From assembly GCF_009914755.1 (NCBI RefSeq), contig NC_060936.1: a stretch of DNA of 64,000 nucleotides. The stretch is one strand, 5' to 3'. Shown here in pieces: positions 26,832-40,071 of this stretch (its first letter is position 1; every line of letters starts with the position of its first letter). The notes below the pieces were generated by a model, which saw only the letters and a program-made list of their open reading frames with translations, made no database searches and was not told the DNA's origin. The DNA comes from the human T2T-CHM13v2.0 reference genome, Homo sapiens. The position numbers were made by a program, and so were the translations under genes.

Positions 26832-27215
26832 TGTGTAAGAATGAAAATCCCTTTGTTCACTTCTCGGACCCCTTCATGGTTTAGTCTCACCATGTGACTA
26901 GTTCTGGCCAATGAACTGTTAAAGAACGTATAGTAACACTCCCAGGCCAGGGTACTTAATTGCCAATAATAAGATCCTCTAGAGTTTCCTCCACTCTTGC
27001 ACATTGATGACAATTTGAGATTGGCGTTGCTCCAGCAGTCAGCGTTCTTAAGAACTGTGATAAGCAGAGCATGCTCTCCCCTCTCTACTGAACTGTGATA
27101 AGCATGGTGAAAAAAAAAAAAGTCCTTGTTGTTTTAAACCCTTTAGTTTGAGGTAGTTTTGGTTTTTGTTTGTGTGTTTTAGCACAGCAAAATCTAGCTA
27201 GTCCTCCCTGAAACA
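26832..27215 (+). mobile_element. MLT1 (MLT1I-like) MaLR LTR
   Basis: CCATGTGACTAGTTCTGGCCAATGAA, TTAATTGCCA, TTGTTGTTTTAAACC, CACAGCAAAATCTAGCTA. Confidence 0.72.
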
Positions 27216-27549
27216 GACTTGTAAGAAATTTGTTTCCAAAATTCCTCAAACAAATTAGGAATCAGTGTTAGATTGACCAGGTATAGCGGAGCTGGCTTCC
27301 TTTTTTAATTTTCCATTTAAAGTATGTATTTCTTAAGCACGTTTTCACATTGCTAACTTTTATTGTAAAATATTAATTTGTAAAAATATTTAAGAAATTT
27401 TAAATTTTAAAAATATAAAGTCAAATTTTAGATAAAACCATCATTGATAATCTCAACGTTATCTTTTAGTAATTATTTTTCAATCTTTTTAGTCTTATTT
27501 AAAAACCATTAAGATATTATTAATGAAAATTATAATAAAATACTCATAA

Positions 27550-27785
27550 TAGCTTTTTTGGCATTAATTACCTTCCAAGCACTGTTCAAAAAGTTTAATA
27601 TATATTAATTTGTCAAATGTTTACAACATCCCCTGAAGTAGTTATTATCTCCATTAAATGGTTGAGAAAATAGAGACAAAGAGAGAACAGCTTGCCCAAG
27701 ACCACTCAATTAGTAGTTTGTGGAAGACGTTTTGTGAGCGTAGTAGTAGAAAGTCTAATAGGATCTGCACTCTTAGTGACTACTT
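27550..27785 (-). mobile_element. MIR
   Basis: TTATTATCTCCATT..GAGAAAATAGAGACAAAGAGAG..CTTGCCCAAGACCAC. Confidence 0.7.
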
Positions 27786-30700
27786 TTCTGTGTGATTAAA
27801 TGCTTCTTATCCACATTGTTTTAGATGTTTCATAATGCAATGGACATTTCACTTTTGTTGGATATTGATATTGTTTCCAATATTTTACACTACTCATTTT
27901 GAAATCAATACTGCTTGGCAAACTTTGCTCCTTGTATTTTAGATTATTCAAAACTTACCTGCCTAGAAGTTTATATCTTGTTGTAAAGAACATAAATATT
28001 TGTTGGCATTTGAGTAAAAATTGCATATACATACTTCAAAAAAATTATTGCATTAGCTTAAACAACTGCTAGCAGTATATGAAAGACTGCCCTTTGTAAG
28101 GACTTGGGTGATGATTCTAGCCCAGAATTATGAGATAAAATAAGGTAGATGGATGAAGGCTCTCTCATGTTTGAGACAAGAAATATCTGAAGGACAATAT
28201 TATATTATACAATTCCTTTAATCTGCCTATCTAGTGACTTGCCCAAAATCTACTTTCCATACACTTAGCCATAAAATAGGCATATTCTGAATTCACATTG
28301 TTTTGAACAAATGTAAAATAACACAGTGTCCAATACTAGGAAATAAGCTGATAAACTAAAGAAATCCAGTGCAGTGCTGTATCAGAACTAATGGAAATGT
28401 CACACTGAAACTTTAAATTAAGAGGACACTATAAACCCATAATACGGTACATCAGTGCAAGCACATAAGAAAATGTTTACCAGATTGAAATAACAAAGAA
28501 GAACAAATGAACCTAATCAAGGAATGGATAACAAAATTACTATGCTTCTTTTGTTAAACATTAATTTTTCATAGTCTTTAAAAGGATTTGACTCCTGTAG
28601 TTATAGAATATATAAAACTCATTGCTGGTGACACCGATTATTATGTATCGTGAACTCGATGTGTTAGCAATGAAATGAAGCATGTTTAAATGTAGGGAGT
28701 GATGCTGACAGAATCCTCTGAACCCTTTTAATTTGCATTGTAAGTAGATTTTGAGAGGTAATTGGTTTACCAGAAGAAAGAATATTCTTTATTTTTTCCT
28801 ATTACCTTATGTTTGAGTTGAGCATGGGCTCTGAGTTTCAACAGTTCTAGAAGAGTCCTTACCTTCAAAGTTACACCTTTGTTTAGCAACTCTTATGACC
28901 CTGCTTAGTTTCTATGGTTTATTCAGAAACCATAGAGAAAAAGAAAAAAATGATTGAAATATTAAAACTGCTTTGTAGTCTTTATTTCTAAGAGGAAAAT
29001 ATGGCCCCATCAGTGTCTAAAATAAAACCTTGGCTGTTTAACTGTGACAAGTTACTTAAATTTTCTAATTCTTAGTTATTTATTTTAGAAACTTATAACC
29101 ACTCTGTCTACTCAAAAGGTTGTTGTAAGGTCATCAACTTTGAATAGGCAAGAGTATGTATAATCGTGTAAATCATAAAAATTATATAAGATAGAAAAAT
29201 ATTAAGTACTGTGAGAAATCCAATATTTAACTAATGTTTACTAAGCAATTTTATTCTTACTACTAATTGCTATATGATTAGGTTTTTAAAATCCCATTCC
29301 TAGCATGATCTAAATGGCTTTTCACAATGTTTTAGATCACCTTGCTTTTGTTTATTTTGTGACCTCAGTGGTTACTGAGTGGAAGTACCAAATAATAGTT
29401 GAAGTACTGAAGTGACAGCCCATTGATTCAGGTTAAAAGCGGATTTCTCAGACTGACATTCAAGATACATCATTACTAGTATCCAACATCATATTCAATC
29501 TTCAGTAATAAATAAAATTTTGACTTAGTCAACTAACATCTCTCATCCATTTCTATTTCTGTTTTTCATTACTCATTATGACTATGAACAAAAATTAATT
29601 TATGATAATTCACCTTTAACAAACCTCTCGACTGCTATGTCGATGAAACCAAATGGTATTGTGTGACCCAATGGAAAATATCACTCCTCTTTCTGAATAT
29701 CTTTAGCATATATTATACCCTTTGGAATTTGATATTAATTACCTTGTTAAGTTGTCCGGAGATATGTTATTTCCTCAATTCAATTGTAAGTTCTTCAATG
29801 TCAGAGATTGTGTCTTATGCTAGACATAATTTCCCTTTGCAGCACCTATGATAAAACCATATAAATAATATATAATAAATAATCAATAATTATTTTATGT
29901 ATTAATCATTTTTAAATGTTATGCTCTGAGCTCCATGATTTCAAAAATTCTTGTCTCGTTTTCACAGTGCTTAAAAATGAATACACATCTATTATAACTC
30001 TACGTGGTATTTAATTGTATACTTTTAAATATAATATGAGGTAAAATAAGTTCTTGAATGGAAGAGCTATGCTAAATTTCCTCCTTGAGACATTAATAAG
30101 GGACCACAGAGAGCATTCTTTGGAACCCTCAGATTTGCATGACTGCTTAGCCAGATATAATAAATTGTAGATATTTAAGATGATCTATCATCTTCTAATT
30201 CCAAAGATAGATCAGTATGAGAATAGAGGAATCAGCAAGATAATTAAGAAAACCCATTATAGGGTTTATAGATAATCTTGTTAAAAGGTTTGGCGATATT
30301 AATTTTTTGTAGAATTCCCTTGAAATTGAAAAGGATCACTGGCATTCTTGGCAATCTGAGAAGAGATAGTTATGTGCTAGATGGGACAAAAAGAGCTATC
30401 ATATGAATTGGTTCTACAAATAAATAATAAAAATACACTTTATTTTCTAAATGTTATTTTCATAGTATTTCTAAGTATGAATTGTGCATCTTTTCTTCTA
30501 TTACTGAATATAAAATCAATATGTAACTATATAATTGTATGGCATTTAAAAATTGCTTGAGCCCAGATTTTAGGCCCTATAGCTCAATCAAATATAGTTA
30601 TTTAAGAATATACTGATCTGGGAGTAGAGACTTCAAGGCCATGGCCATAATGCATGTTGAATTGCACTCAGGCAACTTGCTGTTAGAAGTGTTAGTAATG

Positions 30701-31408
30701 ATCTCTGCCATGTGATGGAAGGCACTTCCACTTCATATATTGACATTTCCTTTGATATTTACATAATGTATATTTCAAAAATGATCAAACAAAGTGCTGG
30801 TTTATAGCACAGAAAGTAAAATTTGAATTTTGATGTTTACTTAGCGGATGCAGAACATTAGAAATGTAGTGTAGTGTATTGAATCCCATATTTATTCTAA
30901 CTTTGTAGAAAGTCCCCAAGTAGTAAGATTTGTGGGCTTCCATGCACTCCTTCAAGGACCTGTATAAGAAGGAAGGGAACATTCCTTTACATAGGAAAAT
31001 CATAATGTGATATGATTTTTAGCTTCAAATGCTGAATCCTACACTAACATAGTTGATTTAGTGGAAAAAGAACTTTTGTTACTAGTAGATTTCATAACTT
31101 TATGCAGAAAAACAGGTTAGAATTGAACTCTGTTGTTGGAATTTTCCTGTTTCACAGATGTCCCTGCTCAAAATTTTAGTACAGTTTTTCTAATGCTAAT
31201 TATTCTTATAATATACAATTTGAGAATAAAAATAAAATTTCGTATCCCTGGCTAAGTATTATACTATTATTTCCTGAGGTAAATGTGTCAATCTCAACAT
31301 TAAGTACAAAAAACAAATTAAAGGTGTCTGTAATATACTGATTATTAAACAAATAATGAGATGCATTTTACTAGAAGCTAGTTCAAAGTGACATGGCACC
31401 ATTTAAAG

Positions 31409-31441
<33 letters not shown>

Positions 31442-31451
31442 ACACATACAC
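31409..31451. repeat. (CA)n microsatellite
   Basis: About 14 perfect CA units plus a degenerate extension. Confidence 0.95.
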
Positions 31452-32096
31452 CTGGGCCCCCAAATTTAATCTGTTTTTCCAAAAACGGAATTGAGAACTT
31501 GTTAACAGGAACCTGTAAATTGAAGTATGCTCTTATAAAAATGCAATATAAAAATTAGGCATCTGTTTGTCTGGAAATCAAGCTGCCTTCAAACATTAAA
31601 ACAACACTTACTTGCTTCTAAAGTGAATAGAAAATAAGTCCTGGCTGTTATTTAATAGTTTTAAGTCACCATGACACTTCTGCAGGTGGGCTGTTGAATT
31701 GTCTAGTTGCTTGATGTTAAAGTGGACATTTTGAAAATAAATCTTGTATAGCTGTCATTAAAATAATATGATCTGGGTCTTCAGTTAGGTGATTACTTTG
31801 ATGTGTTTATTCAACAATTTTCTGAAAAGGGGAAGTTAAATTGTCCTACGCATTAGTCGTAGGTTGGTTATTGTAACTACATTTATGTTTGTCTTTGACT
31901 CTGTGTCAAAATAATGGCAAATCTCAAATTGGAATGTATAGGATTGATTTAAATTGGAAAAGAACATTTACTTATTTTATAATATCCACCATATGATGTT
32001 TCAGACCTGACTGAATTTTAAAAGTTTTGAACAAGGGATGACAAGAAATAATTCAAAATAAAATATTTGTCCTCTCTAATTAGTATTCTCCATTTA

Positions 32097-32766
32097 CAGT
32101 CATGTGTCACTTAATGATAGAAATATGAGAAATGCATCATTAGGTAATTTTGTGATGTGCAAACACCATGGAGTATACTCACAAAGCTTGATGGTGAACC
32201 TATATACACCTAGGCTATGGGGTATAGCCTATGGCTCCTAGACTACAAAACTGTAGTATTAGTTTGTTTTCACACTGCTGTAAAGAACTTCCTGAGCCTG
32301 GGTAATTTATAAAGGAAAGAGGTTTCATTGACTTACAGTTCTGCATGTTTGGGGAGACCTCAGGAAACTTACAATCATGATGAAAGGGGAAGCAGGCATG
32401 TCTTTTATGATGGCAGGTGAGAGAGAGAGCATGTGAGAGTACAGAAAAAACTACCGTCTATAAAACCATCAGATCACCTGAGAATTCACGAGAACAGCAT
32501 GGGGGAATCTGCCCCCATGATCCAATCACCTCCCTCCCTCTACTCTACGTAGGCAGATTACAATTCTAAATGAGATTTGGGTGGGGACACAGAGCCAAAC
32601 CATATCAGCATCTTACTGTACTAAATACTATAGGTAATTATAACACAATGGTAAATGGTACCTAAACATATCTAAGTGTAGAAAAGAAACACTAAAAATG
32701 AACTATCATAATCTTATGAGATCAGCATCATATTGCACTGAAATACTGCTATACAGCATGTGATTG
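32097..32766. mobile_element. Tigger3a (MER7A) TcMar DNA transposon, interrupted by THE1
   Basis: TA|CAGTCATGTG ... CATGTGATTG|TA terminal repeats with TA TSDs. Internal CACCTAGGCTAT..TATAGCCTA and TTACTGTACT.AATACT.TAGG.AATT.TAACACAATGGTAA. Confidence 0.85.
32256..32607 (-). mobile_element. THE1D-like MaLR solo LTR
   Basis: GTATTAGT..GTTTTCACACTGCT..GGGTAATTTATAAAG..GAGGTTT ... GAGATTTGGGTGGGGACACAGAGCCAAACCATATCA. Confidence 0.9.
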
Positions 32767-32963
32767 TATTTACACATAAGGAGTCTCTGAGTATAAAGAT
32801 TTTTGTTTTTGTTGCAGTTATTTAATTTTTTTACTACTATTTTAAGGATACAGTAAAATTTAAAGGAGAAGACCACTAGACAAGTGGAAAAATATGAAGA
32901 ATAAGCAAATTGTTTTCCAGACTATTCATCAAATTCATAACATGGTAAAATAAAGAAGTTCCT

Positions 32964-33301
32964 TGTTATGGACTAAATGTTTGTGTCTTCTCAAACTTCA
33001 CGTGTTAAAACCCTAACCCCTAAGGTGATGGTATTAGAAAGTGAAGCCTTTGGTAGATAATTATGTGGGAGTCTCCATGAATAGAATTAGTGCCCTTATG
33101 AAAAGAGACAAGAGAGTTTGTGCTTTCTCTATTCTCCACCAGGTGAAGCTACAAGAAAACCAAAAAACAGGCCCTCACTAGACACTAGATCAGTTGGTGT
33201 CTTGATCTTCGACTTTCTAGCTTCCAGAACTGTGAGAAATAAATTGCTTAAACCACACAGACTATGGTAATTTGTTACAGCAGCTTGAACGGACAAAGAC
33301 A
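32964..33301 (+). mobile_element. MLT1A0-like MaLR LTR
   Basis: TGTTATGGACTAAATGTTTGTGTC..GTGATGGTATTAG..CTTGATCTT.GACTT..CCAGAACTGTGAGAAATAAATT..AAGACA. Confidence 0.88.
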
Positions 33302-34289
33302 CCCCTTCTCTTTGTTATTTATAAGATTGTCCTCAAAATGTGAAGGAAACTATTCTTAAGTCATGCAGCAGATACCATCATGCAAACACAGAATCATCTA
33401 CCTTATCTTACTTGGGACAGCAGGGACTGTGAGTGATATTTCTGGCCATTGATCGAGGCCAGAAGTCAAAGTTTAGAACTGCCTCAGAAGCCAGGGATAA
33501 GGTTTAATATGAGGAAGTAAATATCAATCATAGAATCTATTACCTGAACTATTAAATCAAAACAAACAAAATGTTATGAAAGCCAAATCCTAGGAGATTC
33601 ACCTCAAAGCCATGAATGAATTCAGAATAAAACAGATAGAAGATAGATGACTCTACCCATCCTGCCTCTGTGATGCTAAAAACCAGATGAGAGACAGACT
33701 GGCCAGGCCTTCATGGCTTAAAGAGTCCAGGACATATTTTTGGACCAAGAGTAACTTGAAGAATCTAGTGTGGAAAATAATATCAGTGATGTCCTAAATG
33801 CTTTTGATCACAATTATAATATCAATAAAGATGGTTAACAGTGAGTTATTGTAAAACAATTTCCCTTGGTGTCGATCTTAAGTCTCAATTACTGTTGTCA
33901 GGAGAATGGAGTAGTTTATATGTATTGTAAATGCAACTAAATATATTTCAATAACTCATTCACTTTTGTAATTATTTTTCTTATGTTGATACTAAAATCC
34001 AATTTCATCTAGATACACCCAAAGATGTTTGGTGGTGACCGTCATTGGCAGTACTTGTCACAGGCAGTAGTCGATTATGGGAGAAAATTACAGAAATAGA
34101 CTGGGGAAGAAAATGGCCCAAACAGGGAATTACATTTAAAAGCCTATGTTGAAGCTAAGTGTACATATCAAGAGATGAGAAACCTTTATACAAATTCGAG
34201 TGAAAAATATGAATGAAATTAAAAATCAGAAAACATTCAGGTTCTATGTATCAAGGAAATATAATCGGAAGACAGAATGGCATGATTGA

Positions 34290-34480
34290 ATGGGCGTGGG
34301 CATAAGCTATAAAAATAGGAGTTCAAAACTTAGCTCCACTTCTTACTGGCTATAGCATATAAACCTCAGTTTCATCATCTAAAAGATGAGATTCATAATC
34401 CATAACTTACTGATTTGATATGAACATTAAATTTGAAAAAGTATATGAAACTTATAGCAAAATATCTTAGTAAATTAAAT
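34290..34480 (+). mobile_element. MIR
   Basis: GGAGTTCAAAACTTAGCTCCACTTCTTACTGGCT..CCTCAGTTTCATCATCT. Confidence 0.65.
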
Positions 34481-34540
34481 AAGCAATTGTCTGGCAAGCA
34501 GTCACTGAATCAGAGAGTCAAGAATGAGACTGAGCTGGTA

Positions 34541-35380
34541 TATCCTCTTTTAAGAATTGTCTATTCATGTCCTTAGCCCACATTTTGATGGGATTGTTTG
34601 TCTTTTTCTTGCTGATTTGTTCGAGTTCATTGTAGATTCTGGATATTAGTCCTTTGTCAGATGTATAGATTGTGAAGATATTCTCCCACTCTGTGGGTTG
34701 TCTGTTTACTCTGCTGACTGTTCCTTTTGCCATACAAAAACTCTTTAGTTTAATTAAGTCCCAGTTATATATCTTTGTTTTTGTTGAATTTGCTTTTGGG
34801 TTCTTGGTTTGCCTAGCCCAATGTCTAGGAGGGTTATTCCAATGTTATCATCTAGAATTTTTATAGTTTCAGTTCTTAGATTTAAGTCCTTAATTCATCT
34901 TCAGTTGATTTTTGTATAAGGTGAGAGATGAGGATCCAGTTTCATTCTCCCACATGTGGCAATGGCCAAAAAGCATATGAAAAAATGCTCAACATCACTA
35001 ATGCTCAGGGAAATGCAAATCAAAACCACAATGCAATACCATCTTATTCCTGCAAGAATGGCCATAGTCAAAGAACAAAAAAATAATAGATGTTGGTGTG
35101 GATGCAGTGAACAGGGAACACTTTAACACTGCTGGTGGGAATGTAAACGAGTACAATCACTATGGAAAACAGTTTGAAGATTCCTTAAAGAACTAAAAGC
35201 AGAACTACCATTTAGTCCAGCAATCCCACTACTGGGTATCTAACCAGAGGAAAAGAGGTCATTATACGAAAAAGATGCTTGCACATGCATGTTTATAGCA
35301 GCACAATTCACAATTGCAAAAACATGGAACCAACCCAAATGTCCATGTCCATCAATCAATGAGGGGATAAGGAAACTGTG

Positions 35381-35438
<58 letters not shown>

Positions 35439-35805
35439 ATATGATGGAATACTACTGAGCCATAAAGGAATGAATTAATGGTATTCACAGTGAACGTCTG
35501 GATGATATTGGAGGCTATTAATCTAAGTGAAGTAACTCAGGAATGGAAAACCAACCAAACATTTATGTTCTCTCTCATAAGTGGGAGTTAAGCTAGGAGG
35601 ATGCAAAGGCACAAGAATGGCACAATGGACTTTGAGGGCTCAGGGAGAAAGGGTAGGAAGGGAATGAGGGATAAAAGACTACAAATAGGGTGCAGTGTAT
35701 ACTGCTAGGGTGATGAGTGCACTGAAACCTCATAAATTACCACTAAATAATTTACTCATGTAACCAAACATTACCTGTTCCCCAATAACCTATGGGAATG
35801 AAAAA
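34541..35805 (+). mobile_element. L1PB1-like 5'-truncated, 5'-inverted LINE-1
   Basis: Antisense ORF2 34541-34960 and sense 34961-35805, ending TACTCATGTAACCAAACA..CCTGTTCCCCAATAACCTATGG. Perfect 14-bp TSD AGACTGAGCTGGTA at 34527-34540 and 35806-35819. Confidence 0.92.
35386..35430. repeat. (TA)n microsatellite within L1PB
   Basis: About 22 perfect AT units. Confidence 0.95.
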
Positions 35806-36759
35806 AGACTGAGCTGGTAGTAATAAAAGAAGTAATTTTACCAAACCTACTGAAATATGAAATTCCAGGAGTCAGGACGTGGCCAAGCAATTTAGACACT
35901 AACAAATGTATTTGAGATACATTTATCTTTCCTATAAATATAGACAAGTATGATGATTTAAATATTTTCTGACATCTTTGATATTTTGCCTAAAATATAG
36001 TGGATGATCAATAATGAGTTGAACTAATACATATGTGTATAAAGTAGATAATAGGATGTAGTGAATCAGTGACCTATAATCAAGGTCTTTAGCTCCAGTA
36101 CCAGGTAAGTAACTAGATAGGTGTGAGAACTTGAGCAGGTGATTTAGTCCCTGGAATCTGTATGACCAAATGAATGAAGCAATTTTTAGAATGTAGCAGA
36201 TTTGATTTTCCCACATCACAAAAAATTTTAACTATTGTTTTCTTAACTCTGCTGCACATAATCCCTCAATTGAGTGTTTCTTGGGTTCCAATTACCAATA
36301 TTGGCAATAAGTCTCCATGACATCATCAGACGTACTATTCAAATGCAATACAATTGCTGCTAACCTGTGTAAAACATAATTTAAAAAGTAAAACTACAAT
36401 CGAAATGTCTGGGATTTTAAAGGAAATATACATGATATTAACATTACCTACATTGTGTATTACCCCCTCTGAATGGGAAACTTGAGAATGGATTGGGCAA
36501 TCAATAATTGGGAGAGATTACTTTATACATACATATATACAATGCTAATCATCACTGTCTGTATAATCAACCACTGTATAGCTAAAGACAAATAATATCT
36601 GCCAGTATTTTTCAACCTTGCTCATGTTATATTATGGCCAGAAAACTTGGCTATGTGAAGAAAGACATTAATGGTTACAGAGGAATTAGAATAGAGACAT
36701 TTAAAAACATTAGGCCATGGTTGTAGTGCCATATAGCCAGATTTTTTTGTTAGCTATTT

Positions 36760-37465
36760 GTTAAACAAATATTTATTAAGCAGCTACTATGTTCTAGGCC
36801 ATGTTGGGAACATGGCCTAATGATATAGGGAAAATGAGACAGATATGGTCCCTAAAGCCTTCATTTCCGTAAGTCAGGCAAACATTAGGCAAACACCTAA
36901 ATAAATTCTAGCAAATACCAAAAAGCGATTAGTAGAATGCATAAAATTAAAATAAAGTTATGTAATTGAGAGTGTCTGATTGTTTTCTTAGATTAGGTGA
37001 CCAGGGAAGCTTTCTCGGGCTTCCATGTGAAGAATGAGTTATAAACGACAGAATAAAATAAGTGATTGCTAGTAGAAGACTATTGCAGTGGTCAATTGTA
37101 GGAGAGTGGTGGTTTGAAATAGTTTCAGATTAGTGAAAATGGAGAAAATGAAAATTAAAATATTGTTGATATATTTTAGAATAGTATTGACAGGACTTAT
37201 TCATAAGTTGCATGAGGGAAATGAGGAAAGAGGGAAATCAGAGTAACACTGTGATATTTGGCTTGAGCTTTTGGGTCAACAGATTTAATAGCAGAGCTGG
37301 GAAAGTCTGAGGGACAGGAGATTTGAAGAAGAAAACCGAGGGCTTCCTAGGGGAAGGTGTGTTAAAGTCTGAGGGTTTTTTTCTATACATCATGGAGAAG
37401 TTCAAGAGACAGTTGGAATTCTAAAATCTAGAATTGGAGATGTAGATTTTAGAGTAGCCAATATG
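36760..37465 (-). mobile_element. L2 relic
   Basis: AACAAATATTTATTAAGCAGCTACTATGTTCTAGG, AGAAGACTATTGCAGTGGTC, GGAGATGTAGATTTTAGAGT. Confidence 0.72.
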
Positions 37466-38794
37466 TCTTAATAACTGCTTATCTCGACCTCCATTGCTTT
37501 GCACAGCTCCCTTTGGTTTTTACTTTTACAGCCCAAAATTTCCTCGATTTTACATTTTTAAACTATGAATTCCAAGACCTTTCCCACCACCTTCATTGGC
37601 TTTGTATCATTAACCTCAGGAAATCTGCAGAACCTTTTTAATTCTTAGACTGCAGTATAAAAAATTGTTTCATGCATGAATAAAACAAAAGAACATTTGT
37701 GCCTGAATCATTGGGCTCTCTCCACTCTGGAATTTTTGTTCTTTCTGTAAAGAATAAAAGTTGGTAGTGTTTCTAATTTTTAAAAAAAGTTTCTTTAAAA
37801 CTCTGGGTTTAAAAAGTCTCCAATGGAACCCTGGGAAATAGAAGAGGTAAATCAGATATATTCTGTGTGAAGGACACTGGGAGAGTTCAGTTTTTCAAGC
37901 TAACATGCTATGCCCCTTGCTGGTACTGACAGCTATCCGCTTAGGGCTCTGTTTGTATGTCAGAGGATTAGATCATATCTAAGTCCTCCTCAAAGACTAG
38001 CTTATGATTTTATTAAGATATTGCCTCAGGAAGGAAAGATCTCCTATGAATTCTGCTGGGTCTGAATTACTTTTAGACTGTTGCCAATTCCAGAATCTGC
38101 AGGTGGTAACCTACTCATGTGGGAGCACCTGGATAGTCAGAGGTTAGGGATGGAGACAGAATCTGACACTCAGAAATGTTCTGCATCGTGCAGAGGAGTT
38201 GCTCTATGATTTGAAACACATGGCACATAATGCACAGAGTGGAAAAACTACACATTGATAATTGAGATTTTACAGTGTGATATTGTGCATCTCTTCTTTA
38301 TTTTCACAGGCAAAGGAGCTAATTTACATCAGTATTTTCTGAATACCTGAACGATTAACCATTTATGCTTTTTAACATTCAAACTGTTTTCAATTTGCAA
38401 AGTAATTAATGATGAATAAATGTATTATCTTCTTCTCCAAATTTTAAAGCACACACATGGAATGTATTTTAATGGCATTTCCTTTATCAGTGTCAAGTCA
38501 TCCCAATGAGCAATAATATTTATGTTGTGCTATAGATAGAAAAGATAGTAGATGTTAATGAAATTCCAGAGGACTGACTAATTTAACACATCATTGATTT
38601 ACAAGTGTATCAATTTATCCTCGCATACTTTTGAATTGCTTGTCTCACTAGTTAACAGATATGCTTAGGAATTATTAAGAGGTATGTAACTATTTTTCAA
38701 TCCTGCCTTTACTACTTTGCTGTAGCAAAAGACTCTCATTTCAAAGGCATTTGTAATCAAAGTGGTGGTTGCTCTTTCCTTCCAATTCTTTCTA

Positions 38795-39325
38795 GAAAAT
38801 TTATTGAGCACCTACTATATGCCAAAAATTTTTCTAGGCACTTGGAACATATTTATGAACAAAACAAAGAGTTTTGCCTTATATTCTAGCAGTGAGGGGA
38901 GACAAAAATATCAAAATACTTAAAAATAGATAAAATATTGAGTATATTAGAACATATGCTGTTTTATAAAGGAAATTAATGGAGAATAATAGAGACTGAA
39001 AGCATTGAGTGTGAGGGATGATGGTGGAAAAGACGGTTGCTATACAGGTGGATCTCATTAAAAAGATGACTTGGAGCAAATATTTAAAGGAAGTAAGAGA
39101 ATTAGTCATGGAGACATCTGGGAGAAGAGCCTTCCAGGCAGCAGGGAAATTAGCTAAGGCCCTGTTCGGGGAGCCTTCCTGGAACAGCATCGAGGCCAGT
39201 GTGACTGGAATGAATAGTGATGGGGAAATAGCACAAAATGAGGTCAGAGAGAGGACAGCGGACAGATCACATAAATTCTTGTAAGTGATTGTGTGAACTT
39301 TCATTTTTACTCAGTTTGTAATGCA
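38795..39325 (-). mobile_element. L2a 3' part (continues at ~42800)
   Basis: ATTTATTGAGCACCTACTATATGCCA..CTAGGCACTTGG, GAGGCCAGTGTGACTGGAATG..ATGAGGTCAGAGAG. Confidence 0.82.
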
Positions 39326-40071
39326 AAGATACAGCCTTTAAGTTGGAGGTGATGTCCTGGCATCCTGAAGCTCACTGAATTTTCTAATCCTTCACTGATA
39401 TACATAGTGGGCTTCTGAAACTTAATAGGGTTTATCTTCCTGCCTTTGAGGTACATGTGTTTTATTAAAGCTTCAATTTATTTTCCATTAGTGGCTCATC
39501 AGATCTTATTGCGATATCATTGATAAAATCAATATTGGACTAATGTAATATTCTACAGAATGTCCAGTTCATATAGGGCTGTTTTGAGTATATTATAACA
39601 GAGGGCAGAAAGGTTAACATAGCCTTGTGCAAAACTGTAAATGTGTATGATATTTTGTATCCTGGGCGATTGTGAACTGCTTCTGATTCTTCTTGAGAAG
39701 TGGGGGGGTAAAAACATTTGCCAGATAAATGACCGCACACCATGCACCTGAGTCTCTGTTCATTTTTTCCAGCAAAGATTCCACATCTGACATAGTGGCC
39801 TCAACTGGTGTTACTATATAGTTAATCGTGTGGTAGCCCACTGGTGTCTTCCACGATTTGTCTGCTTTTTCATAGAAGCAGAATTTGTAAATTCAAGGAA
39901 GATACAGTGGGCCCATTGAGTTACTTCCATCTTTAAGTTGGTACTAATCTTTGCCATTCCTCCTTGGATGCAATATTGTATTTTATTTTCTATTTTGGCT
40001 GAGAGTTGGTGTAGTTGTTTTAGAGTGTCATTCTACTTGGCCTCTGCCACTGTGATGGCTTTTATCCCAAG

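Noticed and set aside
31158-31278. Acceptor TTTCACAG and donor GAG|GTAAAT pair
   Set aside because: Very AT-rich interior with an early stop in the ATG frame; such pairs are expected by chance in 64 kb.
32210-32232. Palindrome TAGGCTAT...ATAGCCTA
   Set aside because: A native feature of the Tigger3a sequence.
38879-39304. 141-aa hydrophobic ORF
   Set aside because: Falls entirely within a decayed L2; no domain similarity.
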